This document shows positions 1 through 9,052 of a stretch of 64,000 nt of DNA, in pieces. The position numbers were made by a program, and so were the translations under genes. Numbering within the stretch: the first letter of the stretch is position 1; every line of letters begins with the position of its first letter. The notes below the pieces were generated by a model, which made no database searches, was not told the origin of the DNA, and was given only the letters and a program-made list of their open reading frames with translations. The DNA comes from a virus (Duplodnaviria; Caudoviricetes), in IMG/VR virus record IMGVR_UViG_3300044856_000190, positions 2,195 through 66,194 of that record. One strand, given 5' to 3'.

Positions 1-160
1 TACAAAAGAAATATTTCTTTAAATAATATCTTTTCTGGATGATTGTTTAATCATAAATTAGTAGTGGGGGATATCCCCCCCACCACTTTATTTCTTGTTT
101 ATTTTTTGAAAAAAGAAACTGGTGGAATATTTCATCCACCAGTAACTTAGAAAAAATGCA

Positions 161-979
161 TTAAATATGATTTCTACTAGTGTGGAACCATCTCATATCA
201 GTAAGAAATTTAGTATTATCTTTTTCGTATCCATCAAGTTCATCAATATAGTCATCTCTAACCCAATGGTTTAATTTATCTAGCCAAGGAATTCCATGAT
301 AGTATTCTTTAGTTTCATTTTTTCTATCTCTATTATTCCAAGGAAAAATAGAATGAATACAACAATCATTGTTAAAATATTTAAATGTAAATGAACTATT
401 ATGCCAAGGTATTCTAGGAAAATGCTTTTCTGGTTTATCCTCAAATTCATCTAGTACATCTGAATTTGGAAAGGATCTATATGTCCTTTTCCTTCTATGA
501 TATCCAAAACAATCTATATCAGATTCATAATCAAGTTTTGCAGATGCATTCCATTTTAATGTATATTTATTAGTGGAATTGTTTCTGTAATTACTTAAAA
601 TTGTAATACTAGAATTATCAAAATTACTATTATTATAAGTAAGATAATAAGTAGTGAATTGATCTCTGGTATATATTTGATCATCATATGAAATTGTAGT
701 GACAATATTATCATCATAATAAGTTGTCTGTATAGTTGTTCCTGTACTAGTTGATAGATGTGATCTTCGAAATGTGTCTTCATCTAAATATGCATCTGGA
801 GGATCATTATACTCTACAGTTTGATTAGAAATTAAATAGCCATTATCAGTAATAGTTATTGTACTATTTGTATTCAATTCCCAAGGACAACAACCATAAA
901 CGGCTTTGTCCTTGATTTTTTCAGAATTATCATGATAGAAATCTAGATCCTTAGTTAGATCTATATCTCCCATAATCAT
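161..979 (-). CDS. hypothetical protein (272 aa), Thr/Tyr/Asn-rich middle, four Pro-Trp motifs
   Basis: ORF track; in an operon with 979..1782; no recognisable family motif. Confidence 0.7.
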   Translation of the reverse strand: MIMGDIDLTKDLDFYHDNSEKIKDKAVYGCCPWELNTNSTITITDNGYLISNQTVEYNDPPDAYLDEDTFRRSHLSTSTGTTIQTTYYDDNIVTTISYDDQIYTRDQFTTYYLTYNNSNFDNSSITILSNYRNNSTNKYTLKWNASAKLDYESDIDCFGYHRRKRTYRSFPNSDVLDEFEDKPEKHFPRIPWHNSSFTFKYFNNDCCIHSIFPWNNRDRKNETKEYYHGIPWLDKLNHWVRDDYIDELDGYEKDNTKFLTDMRWFHTSRNHI

Positions 980-1782
980 TATTTATCATCTCCAGTTTTC
1001 TTTTTTGTTGTTTTTCTACAAACTGTTTTCTTAATCTTCTGGAAGATATTTACTGGTTTCTGATTCTCTATTGGTTCTTCGAAAGAATTCAGATAATTCT
1101 TAATATCATCTGCTTCTTTTGGTGTTGTAATCTTATAAGTAATATCTTCTTTTGTTTTACCTTTAATATCCTTAGCAATCTCTTCCAGAGTAAGATCGCA
1201 TTTTTCTTCAACCCAATCACAGATAAAGAATAATCTATCCTCTACATAGATCTTTGTCTTCGCATCTCCATCTGTATCTAGAAAAGCACCAAATACAATT
1301 GGATCTTTATCTCTTCGCTCTTTAGCAACTTTCTTTGTATCTTTTAAAGCATAATCTGTATAAATTATATACAGCTTATCAAAAAGTTTCTGAGCTAATG
1401 TAATCTTGTCAATCTGCTCATCTGGAATCTCTCTTGTATATTCAGAAAGCTCAATAATCTTGATTGCTTTGCCTTCTACATCTTTGATAAATTTCTCAAT
1501 TACTTTACGATCAACATATACATCGAATCCCTGATTAGCAACATCTAATTCTCTCATTGCTAATTTAGCCTGATGAGCTAATCTCTTTGCCATTGCTGTC
1601 TGATTTGTAATTTTACACTTCTCAATCATTTTGAGAATATTATCAATGACAAGCTGCTGATCTGTATCATCAATTTTATCTTTCATTCCTTTTACATATT
1701 CGAAATATGTAGATGGTGTAATATTATCTGTTGCTACAGCAGCATCACCAATAATTTCTGTTTCAATCATTTTGTCAGTCAT
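979..1782 (-). CDS. conserved-looking hypothetical phage protein (267 aa)
   Basis: ORF with SD AGGAGG upstream; no recognised family. Confidence 0.8.
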   Translation of the reverse strand: MTDKMIETEIIGDAAVATDNITPSTYFEYVKGMKDKIDDTDQQLVIDNILKMIEKCKITNQTAMAKRLAHQAKLAMRELDVANQGFDVYVDRKVIEKFIKDVEGKAIKIIELSEYTREIPDEQIDKITLAQKLFDKLYIIYTDYALKDTKKVAKERRDKDPIVFGAFLDTDGDAKTKIYVEDRLFFICDWVEEKCDLTLEEIAKDIKGKTKEDITYKITTPKEADDIKNYLNSFEEPIENQKPVNIFQKIKKTVCRKTTKKKTGDDK

Positions 1783-1805
1783 GTTTAATTCCTCCTAAAA
1801 TAAAT

Positions 1806-2270
1806 CTAAATACATTTTACTATATCATATGCCACTAGATCTATACATCCAGGCATTTGATCTTCTGCGCCAACATCGATCCATATATGTAATTTATATG
1901 AATCTATAGGATCTGCGAATTTTGGTATGAATTCGGTATCATACCTCAAACCATTTGAATAAATATAAACGTATCCTTCTGATACTTCTATATTATCTAC
2001 AGATATCCAATAGTCATTTAAACGACTATCATTTGATGGAAGTAATTTTAAAGATCCATCAGCATTTCTAATTCCTTTTTCTATTTCTTTATTAACCCTA
2101 TCTATTACCATTTGATCATCATTATTTTCATTTATAGTTGATTCAATAGATGATAGTTTCTTATTTATATCATCTATACTGCATGTAATGTAAATTCTTA
2201 GCAGTGCTAATATTATTACTATAATTATAAAGTATACATCAAGCATAAATCGTTCCTTACTCTTTTTCAT
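1806..2270 (-). CDS. membrane-anchored hypothetical protein (154 aa)
   Basis: N-terminal hydrophobic stretch VYFIIIVIILALLRIYI; SD AAGGAG; early-type motif upstream at 2367-2378. Confidence 0.75.
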   Translation of the reverse strand: MKKSKERFMLDVYFIIIVIILALLRIYITCSIDDINKKLSSIESTINENNDDQMVIDRVNKEIEKGIRNADGSLKLLPSNDSRLNDYWISVDNIEVSEGYVYIYSNGLRYDTEFIPKFADPIDSYKLHIWIDVGAEDQMPGCIDLVAYDIVKCI

Positions 2271-2392
2271 TATATTCTCCTTATAATAAATTAGTAGTAT
2301 CTTTAATCATTAAAAACAATCATATGTATCATCATCTCCTTTTTATATTTGTACTACCATTCATCAATATAGTATATAATCTAAAATAAAAT

Positions 2393-2420
2393 TCCCAGTA
2401 GACTTTTCGCCTACTGGGAG
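2393..2420 (-). terminator. intrinsic terminator
   Basis: CCCAGTAG/CTACTGGG stem flanked by A/T runs. Confidence 0.75.
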
Positions 2421-2425
2421 TTGTT

Positions 2426-3664
2426 TTAATCTTCTGATATTTCTGCAGATGTTTTATTATCTTTATCAGATGGCAACTGATCATAGTCATAAAATAATCC
2501 ATAATTCTTAGGCTCTTTAAATTTCTTTTTAGCCAATTGCATACGCAAATCTTTATACTTATCAGATACAGCTGTCCAATGCTTACGTTCTGAATCTTTC
2601 AAATCTTCAAGATCCAAATAGTCTTCAAGAATTGATAATCTGCTATTGATACCTCTTAAAATAAGATAAGCATCATTTGCTTCGGTACAATTCTTTACTC
2701 TCATTGTAAACTCATAGAGTTCATCTTCAATAGATCTTAATCCATTCTTTTTCAAATTTCTGAATAATGAAATCTCATTTAAAGATCCCATCTTATTCTG
2801 ATCGAAGAATGTATTTAGATCTGTAGATTCTCCTAAAAGAATAGATCCATCAATACGATCAACTGAATATAAGCATTTATCAATCTCAGCAATTTCTAAC
2901 TTACTTCCTGTAAATGCTTTTGCATCTGTTAAAGTATCTGCAACTACTTTTGAATTAATTTTCATGTCTTTATACATGACAAACATCCATTGAAGAATTG
3001 CAGGTGATGGAGTTCTCATTGTATCTCCCATTCCTGATACAGAAGAAGAAATCTTATTCTTTGCTGATATAATATAATCTTCAAAATCACAAGCCATGAT
3101 TCCTGGATTTGAAGCTATATCTTCATCTGATTTAAACATAAATGAAGATACCTTATACATTGTATCTTTTATAGCAAAGATAATAAGCTGAGCATAATTA
3201 ACAGAATCTCTAATACTGATAATATCATCAGAAGAAACTACAGAACCATCAATACATTCTCTTACCTTATCAAAAACTTCAAATGAATCCATCATAGAAG
3301 AAATCTCATGTATTGTAAGTGCAGCGAGTTCTGAATCATTTAATCCAATATCAAATAACTTACTATCAAACTCAACCTGATATTTATTTAACTTCACCCT
3401 TTCATCAGTAGAAAGAATTACAACCGCATCACTTGGACTCATAGCAGGATTGATATGAATACCAAAGAAAGGTTTATCTGTATTAAGCGTATAAGAAACA
3501 TCAACGCATATATTTTCATTAAATATCTGATTTAATACAGATTTCAGATCTCCTAATGTAGACATATTAGGAGAAACTAATCTCTCTTCTGGTTTAAGAT
3601 AAAGAATATTAAGAAATACAGATTCAAGTTTTTCGATTTTTTCAGCTAATAAATCTCCAGTCAT
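2426..3664 (-). CDS. probable virion protein with a degenerate zincin-like HExxS motif
   Basis: Start reassigned to ATG 3664 (SD AAGGAG); AACA-N6-TA promoter at 3715-3726; sequence LTIHEISS; virion role is inferred from the promoter class. Confidence 0.45.
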   Translation of the reverse strand: MTGDLLAEKIEKLESVFLNILYLKPEERLVSPNMSTLGDLKSVLNQIFNENICVDVSYTLNTDKPFFGIHINPAMSPSDAVVILSTDERVKLNKYQVEFDSKLFDIGLNDSELAALTIHEISSMMDSFEVFDKVRECIDGSVVSSDDIISIRDSVNYAQLIIFAIKDTMYKVSSFMFKSDEDIASNPGIMACDFEDYIISAKNKISSSVSGMGDTMRTPSPAILQWMFVMYKDMKINSKVVADTLTDAKAFTGSKLEIAEIDKCLYSVDRIDGSILLGESTDLNTFFDQNKMGSLNEISLFRNLKKNGLRSIEDELYEFTMRVKNCTEANDAYLILRGINSRLSILEDYLDLEDLKDSERKHWTAVSDKYKDLRMQLAKKKFKEPKNYGLFYDYDQLPSDKDNKTSAEISED

Positions 3665-3714
3665 ATTTCTTATACACTCCTTTATTTTTAGATTTTTAAG
3701 CATAAGCTTAATAT

Positions 3715-3726
3715 TATCTATTTGTT
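3715..3726 (-). promoter_or_regulatory. AACA-N6-TA promoter
   Basis: Reverse strand AACA AATAGA TA, divergent from 3761. Confidence 0.65.
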
Positions 3727-3760
3727 CTCCTGTAGCTTCGGTAATTTATTATATAATAAT

Positions 3761-3772
3761 AACACATAAGTA
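3761..3772 (+). promoter_or_regulatory. AACA-N6-TA promoter (AR9 nvRNAP type) upstream of the non-coding region and tRNAs
   Basis: AACA CATAAG TA. Confidence 0.65.
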
Positions 3773-4299
3773 GAAGAAAATATCGTCTTACAATAAATCA
3801 GTTAAATCCGTGCATGGTATTCGCTTGAAAAAGACGTCGTTTAAACGAATTTGATTTTATGGATGGTATAAACTTCATCGGATTATAATTTAATAATTCT
3901 TGGGAGTAGAAATCAAAAATAGTTATTAAATATAAATGGATTCTTTTGTTTAAAGTATAATGAGCTCTTTACCAGTACTTAGACAAGGCTACAATTGGAT
4001 ATTTATTTTTAGAAAATAATTTTAGAAGAAAGAAAATATATTATAGAGATCTATCATAAAAAGTTATACTCATTTTAAAAATAAATTGAAACAAAAACTC
4101 ACTATAACAATATGCAAGCAACAATTCATTAGTATTTATTATACTTTTACAAGGATCAGTTTGATTCGGCTTATAGAAAAATATTTAAGATACTATAAGA
4201 TTTTAATACTCCATTTATAGCTGAATTGTAAATATCGAAATCGGTCAATTATAATGTGTATTATAGTGATTTAATTGATATCGGGTTCAGCTATATTAT

Positions 4300-4372
4300 A
4301 GGGCTATCGCCAAGCGGTAAGGCACGGGATTTTGATTCCCGCATTTCGTTGGTTCGAATCCAACTAGCCCTG
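4300..4372 (+). tRNA. tRNA-Gln(UUG), CCA not encoded
   Basis: Acceptor stem AGGGCTA/TAGCCCT, D arm GCC-AAGCGGTAA-GGC, anticodon arm CGGGA-TTTTGAT-TCCCG, T loop GGTTCGAATCC. Confidence 0.95.
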
Positions 4373-4376
4373 CTAA

Positions 4377-4448
4377 TCCTCAATAGCTCAATGGTAGAGC
4401 ATTCGGCTGTTAACCGAAGTGTTGTAGGTTCGAGTCCTATTTGAGGAG
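4377..4448 (+). tRNA. tRNA-Asn(GUU), CCA not encoded
   Basis: Acceptor stem TCCTCAA/TTGAGGA, D arm GCTC-AATGGTA-GAGC, anticodon arm TTCGG-CTGTTAA-CCGAA, T loop GGTTCGAGTCC. Confidence 0.95.
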
Positions 4449-4558
4449 TTTGAACAGATATTCTTCCTATTTGTTCATATTCGTGCGTTCTATATGTTAT
4501 CATCTCTAGGGTAGTAATACTCTAGAGATAAAAATTTGGAAAACTCTTATATTTTAAT

Positions 4559-4603
4559 TATATAATATAAAAGTGAATAGAAGATAGATATATCATCTAT
4601 TCA
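4559..4603 (+). promoter_or_regulatory. early-type promoter plus 5' leader hairpin
   Basis: TATATAATATA then TGAATAG...CTATTCA; block duplicated at 5364-5401. Confidence 0.6.
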
Positions 4604-4643
4604 TACTTATTAATTTATTTTAAAAATATCGGAGGATAAAATT

Positions 4644-5291
4644 ATGTTAAAAACAAACGAAAACAACACAGTAGCACATGTATCAGCAGAGCAGATGAAA
4701 CCTTATATGGTTTCAATGGATGAGCTTAAGTCATTTGATAATGACGAGATGGCTCCGATCAAAGAAACGATCTCAAGAGAGATCAACAACATTAGCATCG
4801 ATTTTTCAATCCCAGGAAGAATTGAACTGGAATTGAAATACTTCGATAAGATTGTATCAAAAGGAATCGAGGTTATCGATTGCCTGAATGATGCGGTTCT
4901 TGACTGCTCATCATCTTCTGTTGATGATGATATGAAGAGTTTACTTTCAACTATATGCTCAGGAGTAAAAGATATTCTTGTGTCATTTAGTGAATATAAG
5001 AAAACTTTGGAAGGAGGAGATCCTACTGAGGTAGAAACAGTGTTTAAGGCTGCCTTTGCTAAGGCGCTGATTAGAGAGGTAGATCTCGTTAAATTAGCAC
5101 CTTATGCAGATCCTGAGAACATTGAGGAATTAATGTCTTCAACTCTTGATCAGATCAAGATCTGCTTTATGAATAATGAGTTTGATGTTGAGAAAGCATC
5201 AAACGCATATGAACAGCTGATCGATCAATTCGATCAGATTGAGCAGTTAATCTCAAATGACTTCGAGTCATTTGTAGATATGGTTGCTTAA
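4644..5291 (+). CDS. alpha-helical paralog family A, copy 1 (215 aa)
   Basis: Shares IDFSI..P.E.ELKY and F[D]V.K[AS]...I.D..D.I..LI motifs with the next three ORFs; has its own early promoter and terminator. Confidence 0.8.
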   Translation: MLKTNENNTVAHVSAEQMKPYMVSMDELKSFDNDEMAPIKETISREINNISIDFSIPGRIELELKYFDKIVSKGIEVIDCLNDAVLDCSSSSVDDDMKSLLSTICSGVKDILVSFSEYKKTLEGGDPTEVETVFKAAFAKALIREVDLVKLAPYADPENIEELMSSTLDQIKICFMNNEFDVEKASNAYEQLIDQFDQIEQLISNDFESFVDMVA

Positions 5292-5296
5292 CTAAT

Positions 5297-5324
5297 AAAC
5301 CAGTGGGAGAAATCTCACTGGTTT
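5297..5324 (+). terminator. intrinsic terminator (near-identical copy at 7005-7032)
   Basis: AAACCAGTGGGAGAAATCTCACTGGTTT plus T tract. Confidence 0.8.
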
Positions 5325-5363
5325 AATTTTTATTTTTTATAAACTCCTATATTCTATTTTAAT

Positions 5364-5401
5364 TATATAATATAATATTGAATAGAATATATTCTATTCA
5401 A
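5364..5401 (+). promoter_or_regulatory. early-type promoter plus 5' leader hairpin (duplicate of 4559 block)
   Basis: TATATAATATA then TTGAATAGA...TCTATTCAA. Confidence 0.6.
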
Positions 5402-5435
5402 TACTTATTAATCTATATTTAGGAGGAAAAATATT

Positions 5436-6017
5436 ATGAAAGTAGCAGATGATCAGATGCAGAATTTTAACGTTGTAAAAGAATTAGTAAAACTGGAGAT
5501 CAATAGCGCAAGTGTTGATTTCTCTATTCTACAACCATACGAGGTTGAATTAAAATACATCAATCCGTTAAATAATGAATTGGATGTTTTCTCAATTATA
5601 TTAAAACGTATAGGAGAAAAATATGCTGACAAGCTTACTGATTATAATAAATATATATTAGCTTATTATCAACGTATTTTACAAATTGCAACAGAGAAAT
5701 GTGCTAACTGTAAATCAGCTTTACAAGAAGGAAATTCTGCTAAAGCTGAAGATGAGTACAAATCTATCTTTGCTATTATATTTATAGAATTGGTAGAGTT
5801 AATACATATTTGTATTAAGAATTATTCTCAGGATGATATGGAAGTACATGCCAAATATTTCTTAAGTATTATCAATGAAGCTGCGAAGGAAGATTTCGAT
5901 ATTTCAAAATCTTATAATAATATAATCGATAACGTCGATTATATCAAAGATGTATTGATTCAGCACTTTGTATCAATTAATAAGCCGGTGGAGGAAAGTC
6001 ATGAAGGAAGCAAATGA
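5436..6017 (+). CDS. paralog family A, copy 2 (193 aa)
   Basis: VDFSILQPYEVELKY, FIELVELIHICIK, FDISKSYNNIIDNVDYIKDVLI. Confidence 0.8.
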   Translation: MKVADDQMQNFNVVKELVKLEINSASVDFSILQPYEVELKYINPLNNELDVFSIILKRIGEKYADKLTDYNKYILAYYQRILQIATEKCANCKSALQEGNSAKAEDEYKSIFAIIFIELVELIHICIKNYSQDDMEVHAKYFLSIINEAAKEDFDISKSYNNIIDNVDYIKDVLIQHFVSINKPVEESHEGSK

Positions 6018-6438
6018 ACAGATACAACTTCATATAGATATATTAAAAGAAAATGAATTAGAAAAATTAGAAGTCAATAATAAAACTATTGATTTCTCTA
6101 TTCTAGATCCATATGAAGTTGAATTAAAATATATGATAGATTATTATCATCATATTTTTCAGCTTATAAAAGAGAATGAAGGAAATTCTGATAAATTAGA
6201 TGAAGAGTACAGGTCTAATTGTGCTACTCTATTTACAAAATTTGTAGAATTAATAGAGTTAATACAGGCATGTATCAAGTATCATCCAGATGATAATACT
6301 GAAACATATATAAAGGATTCCTTAAATACTATTAATGAAGCTATGAAGGATGATGATATTTCAAAATCATATGAGAATATAATTAATAATATTAATCATA
6401 TAAAAGATGTATTGATTAAAAAGATTAAGGAAGATTAA
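6001..6438 (+). CDS. paralog family A, copy 3 (about 145 aa, internally deleted)
   Basis: Start reassigned to ATG 6001 (SD GGAGG); IDFSILDPYEVELKY, FVELIELIQACIK, DISKSYENIINNINHIKDVLI. Confidence 0.8.
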   Translation: MKEANEQIQLHIDILKENELEKLEVNNKTIDFSILDPYEVELKYMIDYYHHIFQLIKENEGNSDKLDEEYRSNCATLFTKFVELIELIQACIKYHPDDNTETYIKDSLNTINEAMKDDDISKSYENIINNINHIKDVLIKKIKED

Positions 6439-6441
6439 ATT

Positions 6442-6999
6442 ATGGAAAACGAAATATTAGATATTATCAATCATTTTGAAATTATACTAAAAGAAGTTGA
6501 AAAATTACAAATTAATTCTTGTACTTGCAGAATTGGTTTTAATCCACCATATGCACTGCCATATGAGTTGATTGAATCGAAATATATTGAACCTTTAATT
6601 GATGGAGTAGCTACCTACTCCAAAGTAATCGAGGAAATAGAAGAAAAATATCCTGAGCAAAAAATATTAAAATATTGTCAGTGTATTTTAGAAATCGTAG
6701 GTGAGAAAGCTGGTTCTTGTAAAGCTGATTTACAACAAGGATTTGTTTATAAATCTCAATATTGGTGTCTCTCCATCTTTTCTACTTTATTTATAGAGCT
6801 AGTTCATTTGATGTTTAAGTTGATCAGATATTATGAGTATACTGACGAGGATGAAGCATTCAATTCGTCCAATATAATAGATGAAGCAATAAAAGAAAAT
6901 GGTGAGGATAAATTTGATGTTTCTAAATCTTATAAGATTATAGCAAATAACATCGATTATATCAAAGATGCATTGATTAAAAAGATTGAAGAAGATTAA
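6442..6999 (+). CDS. paralog family A, copy 4 (185 aa)
   Basis: PYELIESKYIEP, FIELVHLMFKLIRYY, FDVSKSYKIIANNIDYIKDALI. Confidence 0.8.
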   Translation: MENEILDIINHFEIILKEVEKLQINSCTCRIGFNPPYALPYELIESKYIEPLIDGVATYSKVIEEIEEKYPEQKILKYCQCILEIVGEKAGSCKADLQQGFVYKSQYWCLSIFSTLFIELVHLMFKLIRYYEYTDEDEAFNSSNIIDEAIKENGEDKFDVSKSYKIIANNIDYIKDALIKKIEED

Positions 7000-7004
7000 T
7001 TAAT

Positions 7005-7032
7005 AAACCAGTGGGAGAAATCTCGCTGGTTT
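7005..7032 (+). terminator. intrinsic terminator
   Basis: AAACCAGTGGGAGAAATCTCGCTGGTTT plus T tract. Confidence 0.8.
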
Positions 7033-7077
7033 ATTTTTTCCTTTCTATATATAATTTCACAGATTAATAAAGAAAGG

Positions 7078-7500
7078 ATGTGTTTATTTTTTATGAGCTT
7101 AGATAGTTTAAAGCATAAAGCGTTTTTAGATTGGGTTGAAGACTTTTCTAAAACGAATACAGAATATACAAGATTTAAAAGAAGATTTAGTACAAATAAA
7201 AACTTAAAACTTGAATTGGGAGTTATTAAGGCAGGATATAAAGCTATTACTGGAAATGAATGTGATTTCTATGCAATGCAAACAATATTATCTACTATTA
7301 TAGATTTTAAGAAAAAAGAGATTGATAAATTTATTACAGATTTTAATAAATCTGAAAATAAGACTGTAGATGACTATGATACTTTCGCATATAATTTGAA
7401 TATTATAACAGAAGATATGATATTGATCAATTTACATAAAGATCTCCTAGATAAGCAGTATAGAAAACATCATATTAATACATCAAATAGGAGGTATTGA
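7078..7500 (+). CDS. hypothetical protein (about 135-140 aa)
   Basis: ORF downstream of CACA-N6-TA motif at 7058-7069. Confidence 0.7.
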   Translation: MCLFFMSLDSLKHKAFLDWVEDFSKTNTEYTRFKRRFSTNKNLKLELGVIKAGYKAITGNECDFYAMQTILSTIIDFKKKEIDKFITDFNKSENKTVDDYDTFAYNLNIITEDMILINLHKDLLDKQYRKHHINTSNRRY

Positions 7501-7501
7501 T

Positions 7502-8674
7502 ATGGCAAATCAAGATACAGATGTAGTTATTGAAAAACTATATCCAGTTGTTGAAGCTGCTATGAATAAAAGATCTGGAAGATTTTTAAGAGCAGTTCAG
7601 ACATTTATCAATAATAGACACGAAGAGATTTTTGCTATAGCTCCTTATGATAGAATCTATTTCAATCAGAATGATAAAAAATCTTTATATGAAGCTCTTG
7701 GATTCAGAGAAAAAGAAATAGAAGATATTGTTAAGGAATGTTTCTTTTGGGGAATTGATTATACTCCTCATGCAGCAAAAGAACCATATGTAGAATTACT
7801 TATGTGCATTATAAGATATTATTGTAAGAAAAATCAGAAAAAGAATGCAGAGGTTACTACAATATATTTAGCATTCACTGGTAAATTCTATGTATCGTTA
7901 CATTGTTATTTTTGGAAAAAGTTTCCACCAGATAAATCGGTATTGGATTATGTAATCAATACTATGATTTCTGATAAATTTGATCTGAAAAAAGAAGGAT
8001 CAGTATTTGGAGCTATTCGTAAATTATGTTCTACTTGGCTAGAGACATATAATGGACAGTTGATGAAAGATCCATCTGATGATGAAATTGGTAAATTAAT
8101 ACAGCAGTTAAGAGATAGAGAGAAATCTTTCTTAAAGAATATTGCTAATCTTTATTTTGAAGCTTACGAAAATAAATCTTATTTAAATTATGAAACTGAT
8201 AATTTATCTGCTGATGAATTTCGTATTACTGATAATGATGCTGCTACAGCTGCACGTATTACAGAATCTGCTGTAAATAAAATGACATCACAAGCTGTAA
8301 ATATTAAAATTTGTGCTCAGTGTAAAAATGAAAATGTAAAAACTACTGAGGTAAAACAAATTATTGAAGGTATTCTAAGAGATCGAGATAATATACAAAA
8401 ACTTAGAAGAGTTGTAAATATTATTATCTGTGATTATATGTATGGTCATAGAGCTAGAGTTGGTAGTGCTGAATTTATCAACTATACAATGAAAGCTAAG
8501 CCAAATACAAAATCCAAAATGCTCATAGAAATGAAGTCTACAATTATATCTTGGATAGAAGAAAATTCTATTAGATACAGAGACTCAAAAAGTCTTGGAA
8601 CTCGTAATAACTTTTATCGAAGTATATTATTGTATCTTACTCTCATTATATGTAGCGTTTGTAACGAAGGGTAG
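7502..8674 (+). CDS. alpha-helical hypothetical protein (390 aa), possible sigma-like RNAP subunit
   Basis: SD AGGAGG; helical composition; the sigma-like call is speculative (see findings). Confidence 0.35.
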   Translation: MANQDTDVVIEKLYPVVEAAMNKRSGRFLRAVQTFINNRHEEIFAIAPYDRIYFNQNDKKSLYEALGFREKEIEDIVKECFFWGIDYTPHAAKEPYVELLMCIIRYYCKKNQKKNAEVTTIYLAFTGKFYVSLHCYFWKKFPPDKSVLDYVINTMISDKFDLKKEGSVFGAIRKLCSTWLETYNGQLMKDPSDDEIGKLIQQLRDREKSFLKNIANLYFEAYENKSYLNYETDNLSADEFRITDNDAATAARITESAVNKMTSQAVNIKICAQCKNENVKTTEVKQIIEGILRDRDNIQKLRRVVNIIICDYMYGHRARVGSAEFINYTMKAKPNTKSKMLIEMKSTIISWIEENSIRYRDSKSLGTRNNFYRSILLYLTLIICSVCNEG

Positions 8675-8686
8675 TAATGTTTTAAG

Positions 8687-8995
8687 ATGCAAGGTTATGT
8701 TATAGAAAGCATCATAGAGATGTATACAAAGGAAAATTTAAGTGCTGCTAAAATTGGAGACGAAATGGGAATGTCTGAAACAACAGTTCGTAAAGTTTTA
8801 GCAAGACATAATATCAGAAAATCTGAAGAACAGATACATTTTGCTAGAATTAAGAATCATACTTATGAGAAATTAAATGATAATACATTTATAAGAGAAG
8901 ATGGAAAGATTATGAAGAAGATGACAAAAGAACAAATAATGAATATGTATAAAATTCATAATCCTAAATATCAATCAGCTAATAATAAAAAGTAA
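8687..8995 (+). CDS. helix-turn-helix DNA-binding protein (102 aa)
   Basis: LSAAKIGDEMGMSETTVRKVLAR fits an HTH pattern. Confidence 0.7.
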   Translation: MQGYVIESIIEMYTKENLSAAKIGDEMGMSETTVRKVLARHNIRKSEEQIHFARIKNHTYEKLNDNTFIREDGKIMKKMTKEQIMNMYKIHNPKYQSANNKK

Positions 8996-9052
8996 AAATA
9001 CAACTTTTTATTAATAGACTATAATAAATATATCATTTAAGGAGGAATTACT

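Noticed and set aside
4256-4503. ORFs 4256..4444(+) and 4291..4503(-)
   Set aside because: They are translations of the two tRNA genes, not proteins
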